The notes under the pieces: generated by a model
Told to the model about the DNA's origin: nothing
Database searches by the model: none
What the model saw: only the letters and a program-made list of their open reading frames with translations
Program-made: the position numbers and the translations under genes
Origin: Camelus ferus
Lineage: Eukaryota
NCBI RefSeq assembly: GCF_009834535.1
Contig: NC_045697.1
Coordinates: forward strand, 42,844,001 to 42,908,000
DNA: 64,000 nucleotides
Direction of reading: 5' to 3'
Shown: positions 1-11,399 of the stretch, piece after piece
Position numbering within the stretch: position 1 is the stretch's first letter
How the letters are laid out: every line of letters starts with the position of its first letter

Positions 1-3000
1 GAATATTAGGCTGAAGTAATCAGATATGAGCATTGAGCATGTGCTAGTTTATGAAATAAATTCATTTTGTGAGCAAGGATAGGCACAATCAGAAAAACAG
101 TGGTTTGAAAAAAGTCAAGAACATTGAAAACATTTGCCATACTGGATTTGAGCATCACATTTGATAAGTATAAATGGAAAATTTGAAAATAAACTGAAAA
201 ACTCACTGGTTGTCTTATAGTCTTTGAAATGTTCAAAATAGAATAAGAAAAAACATAAATCTAAAATTTAATAAACATTGAAACATAATCTTTTTCATCT
301 ATAATGACCCTCAATTTTACCAAATATATCCAAATTAAGGCTAATTAGTTTGCAAAACAAGTCTGGTTAATTGATCACATGGGCTTTTTAAAATTGGCTG
401 TGCTGGAGCTTTTCATAAGGAATCTCAGATTAAACTTTAAAGGCCTCCAAAGGCCAGGAAAGCCACGTCAAGAGCTTTTCATCAGATCTGCATGGATGGA
501 TTTCTCTTTTCTAGATATTCCCAAAATGTCATGATTCCTGCGCTTGCAGGAGGCAGTCTTTCCTATTTATCTAATAAGGCTGTCAGGAACCTAAGAGTTC
601 GTAATTTCTGGAGGGATCAGGTAGAGGGAAAAGGTAAATGTTTTAATTATAAAGGTATAATTTGCCAAATTGTTATAAATCATAATTAGCTTAAGGGGAA
701 AGAATTCCTTATATCTGGAAAACACAGATTAAAAGCCAGTAATATTTCAGACAAAACCCAAAAATGTATAACCATATTTATCAGTTCACTAAGTCCTGTG
801 TAATTAGTCCTTTTTGTTAAGTTTTATGAAACCATAAAGAAACTTAACCAAGTTCCTGTGTATTTTAAGATAATACTAGAATCATGACAGATAATATTAT
901 ACCAGAACATATCCAAATTTTAGTAACTTCATAAGAGTCCTAGAATGCTTATTTTAATGACATTTATCCATACACTATAATCTAAGAATGTTTATCACTA
1001 TTATTTGACAATGCTTCCCATGTAATTTAACCTACCAAATAATCTTAATTAATTTGGTATTTTTTTCTGAGATACTTTGCAGCCCTCTGAGGTACACCCA
1101 AAATTAGCCAGAGACGAAGAGAACTTAATTAGAATTTGATACTTGGGAAGTTTGTCAAAAATATCAAAAAAGTTTTAAAACATTCGGTCAAATAGGATCA
1201 TAGGTCACTGTGAAAATACTTATTCACTTAACCATATGGCAAAAGATTTCAAAAGCAAATACAGATCACTTAAAGGCAAAAAATATCACACAGTCTGTTA
1301 TCAAAAGGACCAATATCTGGCAGACTATTTGTTTTAGGTCAACAAGAAATTCACAAGAAAATGTACAAACATAGAGGAAAGATCACATGTGGACACAATG
1401 GGTAAGTGATCATCTGAAAGCCGAAGAGAGAGTCTTCAGAAGAAATGGACTCTACCTACTCCTTGGACTGTGAGAAAAATTAAGTTGTGGGGGAAGAAGG
1501 GAGCATTTCAAGAAAACTTTGTTTTCCCAAGCAGACAGAGAGTAAACCAAACTCTTGCACTAGCTTACTTTTAATAACAAAATTTATTTACTTAATTAAA
1601 TTCAATTTAATCTTAGCCAATCTTGACCATGCTCCAAGACTTTTCTCAAGACTCCTTTTCCACAAACCTACCATCACTTTCTATATTCAGATTAATTCAT
1701 CCCTTATTTTTCTATCCATAAACAACCAGTCCTAGGACAAAATTGCCTTTCATTTTTCCAACAAATGTATTTCCATTCTTTATGCCTTGTTTTACTGAAA
1801 ACATACATCCTACTTTCCTTGAGCATTGAAATGTTGCCCTTATTACTTCCAGTAGCTTTTAATTACACGTGTATTACAATGTTTAACCCTTAAAAAAAAG
1901 TCAATCTCTAAGAAAAACCAGGAAGCAAGCAATTGTAAACTGTTTATCACACCAGTATTTCCTGATTGGCAAACTAATGAATATATTCCATAACCTCTAA
2001 AAACATCCATTTCTCATACTTAATTTCTTTTTTCAATGTAATACAAGACATAGGTCTAATAAACCCAACATCTTTAGTTTTTCTTTCATAAGACAAAAGT
2101 AGGTAAACTTAGACTTGTCCAGCAGTCAATGTTCCAGTATTTTATCTTATTCAAAAATGATCTAGACCTTAATTTAGCAGAACTCTAAAGTTTCAAGTTA
2201 CCAAAAATCTGGAAAAACAACTTTTAAGAAGACGTTCCTAAAACATAATTATTCCCAAAACGTTCACCTAAAAAGCTTTTAATCCCATTTATCTCTATTT
2301 CATTACTTATGAAAATATTATACCAAGTTAATTTTTCTTATTAACAATTTTTGCAACAGATATAATATGAACTTATTGACTTTCAGTAAACCTAGGTACA
2401 ATAAAGGTATTGTACTTAATATTGATAACTCTAAAGGCATGTCTGTATTAATTAAACCAAACTTAATCTAACTTTAATACCAGATATTAATTTAATATTA
2501 AATATTCCCCAGAGCATGTGAATCTGAAATTCATTTGGGTTAGTTTCTGTTGTATTTAGAAATATTTGATTCGTAAGTGCTTACTTTCCTTTAACCCAAT
2601 TAAATAGAGCTCATTTGCCAGTTAATTTTTATAGAGATTTTTTTACAGAGATCTCAGCTTCATTCTAAAACTTAGTTATGAATCATACAATATAGTATAA
2701 AACTCATTAGTCTATAAATAAGAGTTGGAATAAGTTAAATGTACTCACTTGAGTTTAAAAAGTCCTCTTTTCCTCTCTCTTCAGTTTAGGTTCTACTAAT
2801 TGAGCCAAGGCAGTAGTCTCAGGCAAAGTGGACCATGTTTGAATTTCAAGGACATGTTAAGAGTTATAACTTCAAGCTTTTTCCCAGGTATACTTTTGCA
2901 CTCTTAGGGTTAGAATATTGATAAAAACATTTTATCAATCCAGTTTTCCCTAACTCCATATGCAAAAAGACCAGTTTTGGAATTTAAAAAAAAAAAAAAA

Positions 3001-3915
3001 AAAACCTCCATCCTGGCCATTTTTTTCTGGCGTCTAAGGTATATCGTGACCACTCAGTGTTATTAAAAAAAAAAATCATCTTTTTATGTTTCATGGATTC
3101 ACAGCTAAAAGCAACCCTGTTTCAAAGAATATACCCAAGGGGGCTGTTTTCAGGGATGGAGCTGGTATAGCCATTTTATCATAGCTATAGTCAGTCCAAT
3201 CTGTTAATATCTGGCCCACTGGGCTTTTTGCTGGTATAGACATTGATCTTCCCAAATTGACAGCTGCAAAAATATCTAAACCAAAAAAACTGAGCAAGGT
3301 ACCTTAACCCAAACACAGGAAGGACCTTATGCATCCTTATATATGGTATGGTAATAAAGTATGGGTCCTTATGTGTCCTTTTCCTAGCTTGTGGTAGCAC
3401 AAAGTGACCCCAAAGGGTCCAAATGACAAAAATTAAAAAAAAAAAAAGCCTCAGATGGTAGGAAAACAGGAGTCCCAGCATGTACACTGGTGGACTAATC
3501 TGACTGTAGAGCTCAGTAGTTCCTTTCCCAAACACATGTTTCTTTCTCACCAACTTCAGAAGCAAAAGTAGCAGCTGGTGCCAGGCAGGGAGAAAAGTGA
3601 GGCTTCCTGAGGCAAAACAGAGTCTTGGCAGCTGCTTGGGACCATCTGGAAAATCATTGCTCTGGTGTTGGCTAACTGTGAGCAGCTAGCACCCCTGGGT
3701 TGTTGTAACCTTTTGTCCAGACAATGAATGGACAGGTCCTGGTGTGCTGCCTTAGCCAGCTGCTCCACTTCAGGGAATTCTGAGTGAAGGAAGACCAGGC
3801 ACTGCAGGGGACACCACCCCTGGCTGGATCACCAGAAAATCTGTAACTGGATGAGGCTGGTACTGAACCTAAGTTCAACTCCTCACCACTCAAAAGGCCA
3901 ATACACAAGAGAGTC
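1..3915 (-). mobile_element. Decayed class I (ERV1, MER4-group-like) ERV internal region with PBS, gag remnant and short 5' LTR remnant
   Basis: The minus strand reads LTR end (...CAGTTACA), then a PBS at 3834-3817, a leader, gag-matrix-like peptides at 3255-2930, and long AT-rich non-coding internal sequence that continues past the window start. Confidence 0.75.
2930..3255 (-). pseudogene. Degenerate class I ERV gag matrix N-terminus (present twice)
   Basis: Minus-strand translation: LGRSMSIPAKSPVGQILTDW..., then after a frameshift YTSSIPENSPLGYIL*NRVAFSCESMKHKKMIFFFNNTEWSRYTLDARKKWP. This fits the class I gag pattern SIPxxSPLGxIL..W...KK.IFFCNT.W..Y.L....WP. Confidence 0.7.
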
Positions 3916-3919
3916 TGTT

Positions 3920-4320
3920 TCTAAGGTAGGAGCAGCGAGGTTGGTGAGGAAGAACAGTATTTAGAAGGCAAAAGATGCAGGACTTGGGAACTGATTACAT
4001 ATATGAAAGTGACAGAAGGGGTCATTGACTCTCAGATTCTTTCCTTGAACACCTGCGTAGGTTCTGATATCACATCTGATCCTGAAAGATCAAGAACTTG
4101 GAAGAGTATGTTTGACAACAGAAATGAGTTCATTTCGGAGCATATTGATTTTGAGATACTACTCAAATAGTGAGATATGCTCCATTTGATAGTTAGATAT
4201 ATAGGTGTGGAACTCAGGAAAAAAAATGTGATAAAAAATTAGGGTTTATTTATATATAAGTAAAGTCTGATGCCATGGAAGTAACAATAACAAAGTCCTC
4301 CAAGGACACTGTGTGAAGTC
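3920..4320 (-). mobile_element. LINE-2 fragment
   Basis: Purine-rich, antisense L2-like sequence (GAAATGAGTTCATTTCGGAGCATATTGATTTTGAGAT...). Further pieces near 5000-5240 and 5500-5680. Confidence 0.6.
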
Positions 4321-4349
4321 TTGTTCCTCCAAGCACAGTCCATACACCA

Positions 4350-4833
4350 GCGTGAAAGCTGGCAACCAAGATGGCCCCAACCTCCAGGTATTCATGAACT
4401 TTTGTGGTCCCCTCCCACTCTAAATAAGGCTGACTTGTAATAGCAGGATGTCATGTAAATGACAGTGTGACTTCTGAGGTTGGGTCATAGAGGACACTGT
4501 GGTTTTTCTTTTATTCTCTTGAATCACTAGCTCTGTGAAGAGTCAGCTTCCACGTACCAAGGACATTGAAATTACCCAATGAACAGGAACAGAGAACTCC
4601 TTTCAACAGTCATGTGGGTGAGCTGTACTTGAAGCAGGTGATCCCCTAATTGAACCTGAGATAACTACAGCCCTTGCCAATATTTCGCCAACAGTGTCAC
4701 ATGAGACCCTGAGCCCAAACCATCCAGCTCCCAGGTTTTCCGACCTTTCAGAAATTGTGTGAAACAATACAATTGCTATGTTCAGCTGCTAAATTTTGCA
4801 GTACTTTGTATGCAGGAATAGATAACTAGTACA
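4350..4833 (+). mobile_element. MaLR LTR (MLT1F/G-like)
   Basis: GTGTGACTTCTGAGGTTGGGTCATAGAGG core and MLT1-type 3' end GCAGGAATAGATAACTAGTACA. Confidence 0.75.
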
Positions 4834-4834
4834 A

Positions 4835-4970
4835 TCAGCATCAAAGCTGTAATCTGGAAGTTTTCTGAAATGCGGAATCTCAGTCCCTACAGAGGACCTA
4901 ATGAATTAGAATCTACAGTTTAACAGAGCCCCAGGTGATTTGTGTGCACATTAAACTTGAGAAGTCCTAG
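4835..4970. mobile_element. MER5A-like hAT-Charlie fragment
   Basis: GAATTAGAATCTACAGTTTAACAGAGCCCCAGGTGATTTGTGTGCACATTAAACTTGAGAAG signature. Confidence 0.7.
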
Positions 4971-5249
4971 TACAGAGTTAAAAAAAAAAAAAAAAAAGAT
5001 AAGAGAGCCTAGGACAGTACTAATGGGAGAGGGGAGGGCTACTATTCAAAAGTTGGCCAGAGAAAAAGAAGTGATACTGGTAGAGGAAAAGTTGCTAGAG
5101 AGGAAGGTGGGGCATCAGCAGAAATAAAATAACCAGGAGAAAGAATTGACAAGGAAGAGAGGAGGTTTCAAGAAGAAAGGAAATGTCAGTGTTACTAAAT
5201 GATGCATAGAGACTGTGTGAGAAAGGAAAAAGAAGGTGGCCATTAATGT

Positions 5250-5495
5250 TGTGGTTATGCTTTTTAAAAAGTGTTTTTTAAAAAAATATTTTAGAGATAG
5301 GTACTGAAATGTTTAAGGATGAAATGACATAATTTCTGGGATTTGCTTCAAAATACTATAAGAGGGGAAGAAATGGTAGTATTGATGAGACATACTTGGC
5401 CAAGAATAGATAATTGTTGAAACTGGGGGATAGGTACATTATACTTGTTGGTCATTTTATGTATATTTGTGATATCTCACATTAAAAAGCTTTAA
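5250..5495 (+). mobile_element. Old L1 (L1MC/ME-like) 3' UTR fragment
   Basis: TTTTAGAGATAGGTACTGAAATGTTTAAGGATGAAATGACATAATTTCTGGGATTTGCTTCAAAAT. A related copy lies at 22590-22990. Confidence 0.65.
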
Positions 5496-6639
5496 AATGT
5501 CTTTTATAGATATTACTTTAGGAGATTATGGGGGACTCTTGTCACACTAAATTATTTTTTAAAGCAGAAGTCAGACTGCAGTGGGTTGAGGAGAGAAGAT
5601 AACAAAAGAGGAGAGTGAGTGGAGAGTATTCTTAGAAGTTTGATTTTGAAGGAAAGGAGAGAAAGCAGAAGCTTCAGGGGGAGGAAAGCTTAACGTAGGG
5701 GTGTGAGAGTGAGACAGCCAAAGGCTCTCTATAAAGAAAAAATCCACTTGTTGGGACCCACAAAAGCCACCAACATCAGCCTCAAGGCTCTGAGTCTTCC
5801 ACTTGCTGTTCTGTAGCTTTGTTTGAAGACACTGTAAAATTTCTTTGAATTGCCTTAAAAGTCTACAAACCTTTTGATAATTCAACGACCTGAACTGCAG
5901 TTAAAACAAACGTTTTCATAATCAGCTTACAGTGCTATGTATAGCACTCAAGTGGGGAAGGCACTGCCTCAGTTGAAATCTCAAACAGAAATGAATGGCC
6001 CAAAGTCCAGTAATTACCACTCACAGTGTTCTTATGAAGCTTAAGTAACATGAATAACAATGTTCAGTGTTACTTTTGTTTCCTTCCTTATTATAAAATG
6101 ACACTTTCCAAAATGTGCTTCAAGGATACGAATCCTAAAGACTATTAAGTGTTACAAGAGAAAAGTGTTCCATGGTTAGATACATTTGGGATATGTTGGG
6201 TCAACAGTGACAGACCTATCTTTATCATAACGCTTCTCAAAGTCACTTGCATGCTGAAGTGCATAGAATATGAAATATTTTCCAACTGTATTTAACCCTA
6301 GAATTCTGTTGAAAAGGGGAACCTCTCAGGATTGCTGTTTCTCAGAAACTACTTTGAGAAATAACTACACTAAATCATGTGATTCATATAATCATCAAGT
6401 GACTCAGTGCATTTAAACACTTAGCAGCAACAGTTCCTTGCAGAGAAGAGTTCGCTTTTGCTTTTCTGATCTTACCAGTTACTAGTAAATAGCTATGTAT
6501 TCTGAACAATAAAACACATTCTCCATGAGTCATTCATAAAAATTCATAAGGATACCAAATTCCCAGCTCTCTAGCATAACTGGAGTTTTTTGTTTATTTT
6601 TCGTTTTTGTACCCTATTCTTTCATAGAGTCTTAGGAAA

Positions 6640-6785
6640 TAGTTTTCTGTAGTGGTTAAGAATACCAGTTCAGAAATCTGATAGCCAATATAGATTTAGA
6701 ACCTAGCTGTGATATTTTGGACAAATCTCTTGGAGAAAACTGAGCCTCAGTGTTATCATCCATAAAATGGAGATAAACTATAGTC
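6640..6785 (+). mobile_element. MIR SINE
   Basis: TAGTGGTTAAGA head and CTGAGCCTCAGTGTTATCATCCATAAAATGGAGATAA core. Confidence 0.7.
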
Positions 6786-7244
6786 ATATGTTATACTTTC
6801 TAAGTTTTATATATATATACTTTAGTTAGCTGTCTAGTAAGTTGTATTTTAGTAATATTCTCTTGTCAGTTTAGCTATTTACAAGTAATATCTTTGCTTC
6901 CTTTATAAAATCTCTACACATATTATTTAAGAAAAAAATGAGAGCCCAGGACTGAGAGGGCTTCACCAGCCTACACTGAAGAAAGATTTCCCTGCTGCTA
7001 AGATTAAGTGAGCAAATCTGAGTCTCTCAATGAATGGTCAAACTCCTAGGGATGGGGCTGGAGATTGGCACCTGTTTGGAGAAATGTCAAGAGTGGATAA
7101 AGTCAGAGGACACACGTAACATCACATCCATGGAAAATCACCAAGGGTAAAGCTGGAGAAACCAAATCTGTCATCAGATGGTAGGGATGATGATGATGAT
7201 GGGAGAAGAGGTGGCAGGCAGGGCTGGAACCAGAGGCTGACTTG

Positions 7245-7721
7245 TGTAGGGATTCAGAATATGTCACTCCAAATCAGGCCACTTTGGCATATGGATTATT
7301 TTGAATTAAAGGTACTTGAGAAATAGCCGGTGCAAGAACACTCGGGCTCTCTTTTATCTTCCTGAAAGCAGGAGATAAATCCCCCACCTGAAAGGTACCA
7401 GGAGGGTGGAAGATATCCTTATCACCAAAGATAGGGAATTCAGGGCCAAGAAGACTCTTATAGGTTTATATAACAAACCTCGTTACTTCTTCACCATTCT
7501 ACTACCACTAGCTCACATCCCTTTGTCTTATTAATTCTTCACAAATTTATTGTTTCTTTGTCTAAAAGGCATAAAAGCTTTCTACTGTAGTCACTTCTTT
7601 GAATCTCATAACTTTGTTGGAACTCCCACGTGTATTAATTAGTTTTTCTTCGGTTAATCTTTTTAGCAGAGAAAGGTCTCAGCCAAGAACCTAGAGGGAA
7701 AATTACTTTTCCTCCCCTACA
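7245..7721 (+). mobile_element. Solo ERV1 LTR (MER34/MER39-like)
   Basis: Terminal inverted repeats TGTAGGG...CCCTACA and 5' motif CAGAATATGTCACTCCAAAT...TTTGGCATATGGATTATTTTGA. Confidence 0.8.
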
Positions 7722-8024
7722 ATTAAGTACATTCAAGAAACAAAGCAGGAACAATTTGGAAGAGTTCAAACCTTTGCTGTAAACACGGCTGAGTCACCCT
7801 GAGCTCTCACTACTGTGTGCTGGCTGCAGGGTAGATGAGTGGTTTGGTCTGAGTGTAAAGCCTTGTGTCCCAGCCAGGAGGTGCCTCAGCCAGTCTGTGT
7901 TTGGTTGCCCAACTCATTACAGATCCATTAGCTACTTAGTGAGTCATTGCTTCCCTCTTAGGCTCCTTCTTTACTTCCTCCCATATTCTTACTTCCAAAT
8001 GTTACTTGCAAACCCTTTACCATT

Positions 8025-8464
8025 TGTATGAGTCAGGGTTCTCCTGAGAAAGAGAGCCGATCAGATAGATTTGGATATGTAGATATAGAGAGAGGAAAAG
8101 AGAGAGAGATTTACTGAAAGGAACTGGTTCATGTAGTTGTGGGGGCTAGCAAGTTCAAAATCTGCAGGGTTGGCTGGCAGACTGGAGACCTGGGGGAGAC
8201 CTGATGCAGCAATTCAAGTCCAAAAGCAGTTTGCTGGCAGAATTCCCTCTTTGGCAAAGGTCAATCTTTTTTAAAATTAAGACCTTCCACTGATTGGATG
8301 AGGCCCACCCACATTAGGGAGCATGATCTAGTTCAATCAAAGTGTACAGATTTAAATGTTAATCTCATTTGGAAAATACCTTCACAGAAACATCTAGAAT
8401 AATATTTGACCAAATATCTGGGTACTGTGGACTAGCCAAGTTGACACATAAAATTAACATCACG
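8025..8464 (-). mobile_element. MLT2 (ERVL) solo LTR
   Basis: The reverse complement begins GTGATGTTAATTTTATGTGTCAACTTGGCTAG, the MLT2 5' signature; the other end reads TGTATGAGTCAGGGTTCTCC on the + strand. Confidence 0.85.
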
Positions 8465-10164
8465 CTATTCTTTCTTCTTTCACCAAAAGCTTCCTAGCTT
8501 CTTCTACCAGTTAGCATATTAAAAAGGGAATTAGGTTGATTCTTGGAAACTGGAAACTCATCTTAGCGCTGCGTATTAATTTTTATGCTCTCATTATTGG
8601 GTTCTCACATTAGCCTGGCCTAATTTCCACTACCAGGAATAGGATGTGTGCTGTGCTAATGGGAAATGATATATTTAGTGTTTTGTATGATCATTCTTTA
8701 GTGTCTATGTCCCTTTTATTGGATGAGAGCCCACATGGAGTAAGTAGCTGGATGAAAGTATCCTTTTTGCTTACCCATGCATTAGGAATAAAAGAGAAAA
8801 AATATGTGTGCGCCCAGGAAAAAAAAAATCCATTATTTTACAGTTATTTATGGTATTATAATCAATACAATAACTTTCAAGTACCTTCTAGTTAGTAAGC
8901 TCCAAAGAATATAAAGTAATTTCATACCCCCTGAAACTAGCAACTTCTTCCACATTGGGTTCAAATCCAATTATGCTTTAAAGTGACACATGCTCCTTCA
9001 TAAAGTTTAACAACTAAGTATTCACTTTGCTGGGCAATGTAATTAGCAAAATAATTGACATAATATAATTAAACAAGGGCAATTGTTTTCAAACTTTACA
9101 ACAATATTATGCTTAGCAGATAGGTAATATTTTTTGAATTAGAGTAATTTTAATCAAGTCAGTGGCTAAAGACCACAATCAACTTAATTTCCACAACATG
9201 TTAAATAGCCCTATTCAGTTTACAGAATATAATGGTATGAAACCAATCTTTTGAAGCATCTAGACATTTTGCTTTGTTGACATGTGGAAAAAGATAACAT
9301 GTTCAAGTCAATCTATTTTCCCCATCCAACATTTAAAAGGATGACAGATAGCATAGACTCCTTAAAGGTGGAGTCTAAATCTCCTACTTTTCCAAACAAG
9401 GGGATTTAACACAGTGTTTTAGTTTAAATGATGAAGAAAAGCTGATTGCTGTTCTTGGCATGAACCAGGGAGCAGCCCGTTCTATCCCAGTTAGAAATGG
9501 CTAATCTCCTTGGTACCTTGTGGTTTCTTTAGCAACAGGAAGGGCACGTGATCATGGAAATGGGTACACTTTGTTTTATTTCCTCTAACTCTTTCAGTGG
9601 TTTATGAACTTCGATGAAACAGCTTACACTCCCAAAAAAGGAAATACAGGTTTCCCTCGCTATCTGAAAGTAGAGCATTCCTATGAAACATTTAAAAAAA
9701 AATATGATACCTTTTGTAAGTAAGCCAAAATGATGTAAAGTGAAGAAGCAATTATTTTAGGGCACAGCTTTCTGATGGATGCACAAAATAAATTGAGATA
9801 AAGCACAGATGCTTACGGACACAGTTCAAAGCTGTAATGGCTGATGCTGAGCGTAGTTCCCAGGGAAGGAGCTTGGCGGTGCCACTCTGGCCAGGGGTGC
9901 ACGCTGCCTCTATAATGTCTGGCTGCAAAACAAACTCTGAATGCTATTTTTGCCGCCTTTTTTTTGTAAAAGGGAAAATCCTCCTGGGATTTCTTTTGGT
10001 TAGTGAAAACCAGTGCTAATGTAAGTCTTCCCTAATAGCAAAGTGGTGTAAAGCAAATTTTTGTAATGCAAAGCTGTACAGTTTACAGAAAAGCAAATAT
10101 AAATGTCCCTAAACCTATGAAGAGAACATGCAAGTGAGGACCATGCAAATTAAAACTATACTGA

Positions 10165-10639
10165 TGTCGACTGAAATAAATGCGCAGCCTGGAAGTTGAG
10201 AGTTATGTTTTATATGGTGAGACGACTCGAGCCAGGATGACAGCCTCTCAGATGGCTCTGAGGGACTGCTCCAAAGAGGTAGGGGAGGAGCTAGGATATA
10301 TAGGAGCTTTACAACAAAGACCAGGTAGTTGAAATAATAAAAGATTACTTGTTATCTAAAGAAAGCCAGGCATCTCAAGTTAAAGAATTTAGTGCTTTTC
10401 TATGTATGGGAGGAAGCAAACATTTGGGCTCATTGAATTCATTCCATTGACAAGCTCCTAGCTATCTAGGGCCAGTATCCTGTCCTTTCTTATTCTGAGT
10501 CCCCTCAGACTGCACCATTGTGAGTGGCTGCAGAGGCCCGGCTGCAGGTCTGTCCTCACTGGGGGGTGGTAGCAGCCGCTGATGACTTGGTTTCAGCATT
10601 CTTTGTTTACTGATATGGTTGCAGTTATTTTCGTTCACA
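10165..10639 (-). mobile_element. Solo ERV1 LTR (MER41-like) inserted in an old L1 fragment
   Basis: TG...CA termini, GACAGCCTCTCAGATGGCTCTGAGGGACTGCTCCAAAG motif, 4-bp flanks CTGA/GTGA. The flanks rejoin as L1-like ATGCAAATTAAAACTATACTGA-CATGCCA. Confidence 0.8.
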
Positions 10640-11127
10640 GTGACATGCCACATTTCATCTTGACAGGCAAAAATCCAAAAGAGAATGAGTCTTGTTGTGT
10701 GAGAGAGACTGTGGGGAAAGTCACTATCACTTGCTGCTGTCGGGATTGCAAAATGTCATAACACGTACAGCAGGGAGGCTGCCCTGTCTCCAAACAGTAA
10801 AATGCATTCATTCTTTTTTTTTTTTTTTTTTTTTTTGCCCGTCTCTGTACTTTTCTATACTGTGACAGGCTAACCCTTTTGGAAGTCCTCACCCAAATTT
10901 CCCTATTAGCTGCCTTGTAAACAACTACGACACTTAAGTGGTTTGTTAATAGACAAGTTGGCTCAGTGGTGCCACAGACAAGTCCACTGGATATGCTGGG
11001 CTTCTAGCCTGTCTCTCCTGAATCCTTAAGTCTTCAAAGTTTGCACATGGTTGAGGGGAAGACATTTCCTAGAGTTTTGAAATACAGGCCATAAGTGAGA
11101 AGTGTACAGAAATAGCATTGTTATAAT

Positions 11128-11285
11128 TAGTGGATCCCAAACCTGAGTGATCATCAGAATCTTCTGAGGTGCTTTTAAAATTAATGCAAATTCCTTGGCC
11201 CCATTGCAGATCAGTTACATCAGAAGCTCAGGTGTGAGGGCTGGCAATCTGTCCTTTGACAATCCATCAGGTTGGGTAATCACTG
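11128..11285. mobile_element. MER5A-like hAT-Charlie element
   Basis: TAGTGGATCCCAAAC...GGTTGGGTAATCACTG termini with CATCAGAATC and ATGCAAATTCCTTGGCCCCA internal motifs. Confidence 0.7.
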
Positions 11286-11399
11286 ACCTTAAACAGTTTC
11301 TCAAGTTGCTACACGTGATCTAGATCACAGAGATGTCAGCGTGCAGTCCTCTAAAATAACCATTGGAATAACAATAGCGACAATACAACAACAACAATA

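Noticed and set aside
7241..7725. TSD for the 7245-7721 LTR
   Set aside because: The flanks CTTG/ATTA match at only 2 of 4 positions.
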